Shown here piece after piece: positions 44,191-47,749 of a stretch of DNA of 47,749 bases. Within the stretch, counting starts at the first letter, position 1. Each line of letters begins with the position of its first letter. A program made the translations under genes and the position numbers. This stretch comes from Candidatus Aenigmatarchaeota archaeon (GTDB lineage Archaea; Aenigmatarchaeota; Aenigmatarchaeia; GW2011-AR5): positions 1 through 47,749 of the forward strand of contig JACQNX010000054.1 of assembly GCA_016202875.1 (NCBI GenBank), given 5' to 3'. The notes under the pieces were generated by a model that had not been told where the DNA came from, made no database searches, and saw nothing but the letters and a program-made list of their open reading frames with translations.

Positions 44191-45554
44191 AGCCAGTAAT
44201 CGCTGTTCCATATTTCCCAGGATCAAACGGCGATGAGGACGGGAAAACAAGAATAAGAGATTTTGGAATGGAGCCACTGCCACTATATTTCCACTTCGGC
44301 GACGAAACACGCTTAGAAGAAAACGCAGCTATAATGAAACAGACTGACGGCGCTTTCCTCTGCGGCGGATTTCCTTACGAAGACAGGCTGGGCTTCGGCA
44401 GAGTGCCTGCGAAGATAAGGCAGTATGCGGACGCGCTGCGCCAGATGGCAGACGAGGGGAAACCTATCCTTGCCGTGTGCTCAGGAAACCAGATAGCCCA
44501 TGCAATGCGGCTTGCGTTCCCAAAAGGATCGCCTTACAAGGCATCGATGCTGCCAAGCATATACGACAAGGACGGCAAAATCGTCTGGACGCGATTCTAC
44601 GACAAAGTTGTCCATACGAAGCTCGTATGCGAACCCGAAAGAACAGCCTTCACCAGGAGCTTTGAAAGAAATGCCGTGATGCCACAGATTGTAGACCACG
44701 GAGGAGGAAGGTTCTGGGCCGATGAGGAAACTTTGCAATACCTCCTTGATAATGGACTTATAGTAACACAATACTGCGCTGAAGATGGCGTTGTAACCGA
44801 CAACTTTCCTGTCAATCCAAATGGCTCCATGCTCAACATCGAGTCCATCACAAACAAAAGAGGCAATGTCAAAATGGGCATGTGCCATGACGAAAGAAAA
44901 GTAAATGCATTATGCAATGATGAGGCTGCGGAATCTTTCTTGTCCATGAGAGAATACATAGAAGATGGCTGCCCTGACCTAAACATACATGCAAAGCCAC
45001 AAGATATCCCTATAAGACTGAAAGATTATTCTTACCTTTGCCCGACTCTGGACCAAGCAAGAACATATGATATTTACATAAAAATGCTGACAGACGACAA
45101 TGAGCGCACAACTGCACAACTATTTCTCGGCGCAGGCTTTGATATTGACAGAAGGAGATTGATATGCCTGGAATTGGCAGGTGGAACAAGCATAGAGGAC
45201 GCAAAGGATGTCATGAAAGAGATAGCAGCCATGGACTTTCTGGACGGCATAATGCTGAAGAAAGACCTGCCGTCTGTTACACGAGACGGACAGCCTGTGT
45301 TTACTTATGAGGTTGTCGGGAAGGAAGGAAATGCTTTAATCCGCGATTTCACCACGCGCAATGAAATAGTAGAAGGTTTTCCTGTGACATACGAGGACGT
45401 GCCTTTGCCCAATCCACATGCCTATGTCGTGAAAAAACGACTACGGAAAAATCCACGTTTAAGAGACCTCGTGACAAACGTGCAGACAGGCGCTGTATTT
45501 TTCTTTCCTGATGAAAGAAGTAAGAAAGCTGCACTAGAGAAGCTGTTTGATTGA
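44187..45554 (+). CDS. purQ: FGAM synthase glutaminase subunit PurQ with about 190-aa C-terminal PurS-like extension
   Basis: 'IAVPYFPGSNGDED', nucleophile 'AVCSGNQ', and His/Glu in 'GMCHDER'. Residues from about 293 onward, 'YDIYIKMLTDDNERTTAQLFLGAGFDIDRRRLICLELAGG..AKDVMKEIAAMDFL', parallel PurS. ATGA overlap with purL. Confidence 0.75.
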   Translation: MKPVIAVPYFPGSNGDEDGKTRIRDFGMEPLPLYFHFGDETRLEENAAIMKQTDGAFLCGGFPYEDRLGFGRVPAKIRQYADALRQMADEGKPILAVCSGNQIAHAMRLAFPKGSPYKASMLPSIYDKDGKIVWTRFYDKVVHTKLVCEPERTAFTRSFERNAVMPQIVDHGGGRFWADEETLQYLLDNGLIVTQYCAEDGVVTDNFPVNPNGSMLNIESITNKRGNVKMGMCHDERKVNALCNDEAAESFLSMREYIEDGCPDLNIHAKPQDIPIRLKDYSYLCPTLDQARTYDIYIKMLTDDNERTTAQLFLGAGFDIDRRRLICLELAGGTSIEDAKDVMKEIAAMDFLDGIMLKKDLPSVTRDGQPVFTYEVVGKEGNALIRDFTTRNEIVEGFPVTYEDVPLPNPHAYVVKKRLRKNPRLRDLVTNVQTGAVFFFPDERSKKAALEKLFD

Positions 45555-45567
45555 AAAATAGAATAAA

Positions 45568-47034
45568 ATGGGAGATGATAGAATGAGTAGTTCAGTAGAT
45601 GAATACATAGAGAAAGTAATAAAACAAGGAGATGACGGATCAGAATTGTTAGCCGGACTTTGTGCGCCGACATTAAAAAACTCTGAACATGTTGATGTCA
45701 TTTTCAATGGAATGAGCGGACTGGCTGTTCTAAGAATACCTGATAATTATAATGTAGTGGCACATACGTCTTTAGGCGATCCAGATAAATTAGATGCTGT
45801 TGAACATACCGCATCACTTATGGATAACTTATACCGAGATGCAGAAGTTATAAACTCAAAGCCTTTAGCATTAATCGATGTTATTGATGCCAGCGTGGGC
45901 AGAAAAGAAACTGTCAGAAAAATAGGCGAAACTCTTGTCGACAGAGCTAATGAAAATAGAGTAGCAATTATCAATGGTGAACTGGCAATTCTTGGAAATA
46001 GAGTTAAATACGAAGCAAATGTATCAGGAACACTGATAGGTTTAGTTCCTAAGTCCTTGTTGCCGGGAGTTTATGAAAGAAAAGACGCGCGATTCGTTGT
46101 TTTCGACCCGCAAGGCAAGGCTGTGCACGGCAATTCTGACGGTGTTGGCACAAAGACAGAATTTTATGAGAGAGCGGGGTGGTTTGAACGTGCACTATAC
46201 GATTCTTTGGCCATGAAACTAGACGATTCATCAAAGAACGGGGCTAGAGCTAGGGCTGTATTCGATACGATCGAAAGAAGCGGAGAAGTATATCCGGAAA
46301 TCTTGGATAGAGAAGCATCAAGGCTCGGTAAGAAAATGGGATTTGAATACGTGCTGGTCTATAGGGATGCCGGCAGCAGATTACAGGGGTGGAGAGAGGG
46401 AGCACCTGTGTTCAATGTAGGCGGTTCTGCTATTACAGTAATAGACGAGGAATATCTAAAAAATCCATTGATCCCTAGAGAGGGCGATTATGTTGTTGCA
46501 ATAAGAGGATGGCCGAATCCACGATCTAACGGCATAACAGATAAAAGAAGAACGATGATAAGAATATTTGGAAATAACTGGCATGAAACACGAGAGGGCA
46601 GAATGTTCCTGGAATTTCTTGCAGAGCCATCAACTGTGTTTTACCCTGTATTCAACGAGCTGATAGACAGTAAAATTGCAACTAGCGTTACCCATATGAG
46701 CGGCGGAGCTCTCGAAGGGAAATTTGCTAAACCGCTAGCAAAGCAAGGTTTGTATGCAGCACTTGAAAGAATTTACGAGGCTGACTGGAGAGAGTTGGCT
46801 ATAGCAGGATTTTCTTTCACCCCTGCTGAGGCAGCATATGCTAAATGGCCAATGGGCAATGAAGGCTATATAACGACAAAGAAACCTGACGAAGCAATTG
46901 CAATTATTGAAAAATACAAATTGTACGCAAAAACAGTTGGACAGCTTGAAAAAGCTAAAAATGGCAGAACCGGCGTAGAACTGATAGGAATCAAAGGCTC
47001 TAAAGGAGAAAACGTGTACTTCTCCGGTAGATAG
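45568..47034 (+). CDS. purM: phosphoribosylformylglycinamidine cyclo-ligase (AIR synthase) with extra N-terminal PurM-N-like domain
   Basis: The canonical 'SDGVGTK' occurs only at residue 190. The C-domain carries 'GDYVVAIRG..RSNGI' and 'THMSGGA'. Residues about 45-165 look like a second, degenerate N-domain. Confidence 0.75.
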   Translation: MGDDRMSSSVDEYIEKVIKQGDDGSELLAGLCAPTLKNSEHVDVIFNGMSGLAVLRIPDNYNVVAHTSLGDPDKLDAVEHTASLMDNLYRDAEVINSKPLALIDVIDASVGRKETVRKIGETLVDRANENRVAIINGELAILGNRVKYEANVSGTLIGLVPKSLLPGVYERKDARFVVFDPQGKAVHGNSDGVGTKTEFYERAGWFERALYDSLAMKLDDSSKNGARARAVFDTIERSGEVYPEILDREASRLGKKMGFEYVLVYRDAGSRLQGWREGAPVFNVGGSAITVIDEEYLKNPLIPREGDYVVAIRGWPNPRSNGITDKRRTMIRIFGNNWHETREGRMFLEFLAEPSTVFYPVFNELIDSKIATSVTHMSGGALEGKFAKPLAKQGLYAALERIYEADWRELAIAGFSFTPAEAAYAKWPMGNEGYITTKKPDEAIAIIEKYKLYAKTVGQLEKAKNGRTGVELIGIKGSKGENVYFSGR

Positions 47035-47568
47035 TCACTTATGATACTTCTCCCAGATGTCCACGAACTTCACGAAGTTGTCGAGAATCTTTAAACCATC
47101 GCCACCCATCTCAGGGTTAAAATGCACGCCGAAGAATGGCTGCTCCATGTGGCCGACGATCTCGAAATCATATCTCTGAGAGGAAGCAAAGACATCAAAA
47201 TTCTCCGGGAGGTCATCAATACCATGCTGGCAGTTGCTAATGGCTGTAAACACTTTTTTCATGTCCAGCACAAGCGGAGAAGGCCTTTCTATCTTAACCT
47301 TGATATTTTTTTCAGCCTTCACTGAAACAGGCTTTGTGCCGAAAGCTGAAGCAAGGAATGCAGAGCCCATGCCAATTGCAAGCAGCGGCGTGTTGCATTT
47401 TTTGACAAGATCAATATTAGGTTTCTGGCTCTTCAGGTCGCCGTCAGAAAGAATAAATCCAGAGGCTTTAACGTTCACGGCTTCATCAGGCTTAACAACC
47501 TGCTTTGACGCCCTAATAAAACGCGCGATTTCTTCTGCACCTCTGCCGTTGTCCACAATAACCAGCAT
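47035..47568 (-). CDS. GuaA-subunit-A-like class I glutamine amidotransferase fold lacking catalytic Cys and His
   Basis: Collinear with archaeal GuaAA ('MLVIVDNG...', 'FGVHFNPE'). 'GICLGHQ' is replaced by 'AIGMGSA', and 'QFHPE' by 'HFNPE'. Confidence 0.65.
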   Translation of the reverse strand: MLVIVDNGRGAEEIARFIRASKQVVKPDEAVNVKASGFILSDGDLKSQKPNIDLVKKCNTPLLAIGMGSAFLASAFGTKPVSVKAEKNIKVKIERPSPLVLDMKKVFTAISNCQHGIDDLPENFDVFASSQRYDFEIVGHMEQPFFGVHFNPEMGGDGLKILDNFVKFVDIWEKYHK

Positions 47569-47630
47569 TTTGACCTGATTACCTTTCTCTTAATAAACTT
47601 TTTAAGCTTGCTCTTATTTTTTGGTATGCC

Positions 47631-47749
47631 TCATTTCGTAATCACAATAGGCTTATCGGAAACGATGACACTGTGCTCTGCCTGCGAGACGAGGCCATTG
47701 CTTATTTCTTTTAATGCCGGGTACTCATACAAAATTTCCCGCTCCCTCA
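47631..47749 (-). CDS. M24 metallopeptidase (methionine aminopeptidase-like), C-terminal fragment; 5' end outside window
   Basis: My own translation of the minus strand gives 'REREILYEYPALKEISNGLVSQAEHSVIVSDKPIVITK*'. 'SQAEHSVIV' matches the M24 'aQfEHTv.v' C-terminal motif. Too short to appear in the ORF track. Confidence 0.5.
   Translation of the reverse strand, partial: REREILYEYPALKEISNGLVSQAEHSVIVSDKPIVITK

Noticed and set aside
1-47749. CRISPR arrays, tandem or interspersed repeats, IS elements or transposases, integrases and rRNA genes.
   Set aside because: Reading intergenic regions and ORF translations showed no repeat-spacer periodicity, no DDE, serine or tyrosine recombinase motifs and no rRNA-like stretches. 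The only mobile element is the intein. A computational repeat scan was not possible, so short dispersed repeats could have been missed.

Overview
This is a densely packed archaeal window of about 56 genes, with short or overlapping gene junctions. Archaeal markers are a tRNA-Tyr with a C1:G72 pair, archaeal-type TyrRS, RadB, CDC48, a beta-CASP/aCPSF-like nuclease, RtcA and a stand-alone GuaA-type amidotransferase subunit. Together they suggest a Euryarchaeota/DPANN-like lineage. I saw no CRISPR array, rRNA, transposase or prophage; the only selfish element is an intein.

Four blocks:
(1) 1-19.2 kb is a surface-glycan island. It holds three GT2s, a GT9 heptosyltransferase, two B12-binding radical SAM enzymes, a SPASM radical SAM, four class I methyltransferase-like genes, a NodB deacetylase, an AlkP/NPP-like enzyme, a UDP-sugar dehydrogenase, and a complete split ADP-heptose pathway (gmhA, gmhB, separate HldE kinase and adenylyltransferase genes) plus a divergent second adenylyltransferase paralog.
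(2) 19.3-34.9 kb is housekeeping: RtcA, a beta-CASP nuclease, a tRNA-Tyr / haem-oxygenase-like diiron protein / tyrS trio, an MGMT-like gene, serS, a lycopene-cyclase-domain pair, topA and radB.
(3) 34.9-39.5 kb holds CDC48 interrupted by a 498-aa LAGLIDADG intein, followed directly by a small SprT/Wss1-like HExxH protein.
(4) 39.5-47.6 kb is a purD-purN-purL-purQ-purM operon with unusual architectures: purQ carries a PurS-like C-terminal extension and purM appears to have a duplicated N-domain. Next to it is a GuaA-type amidotransferase that has lost its catalytic Cys and His.

Best candidates for undescribed biology:
- the radical-SAM-rich glycan-tailoring operons, whose logic resembles hpnI/J/K (cyclitol formation);
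- an RHH-fused, motif-dead sugar nucleotidyltransferase with a palindromic operator;
- the CDC48 + SprT-like pair sitting near topA, radB and MGMT;
- the tRNA-Tyr / CADD-like / TyrRS trio;
- the atypical purine enzymes.

All family calls rest on motif recognition by eye and on alignments recalled from memory. No database search was run.
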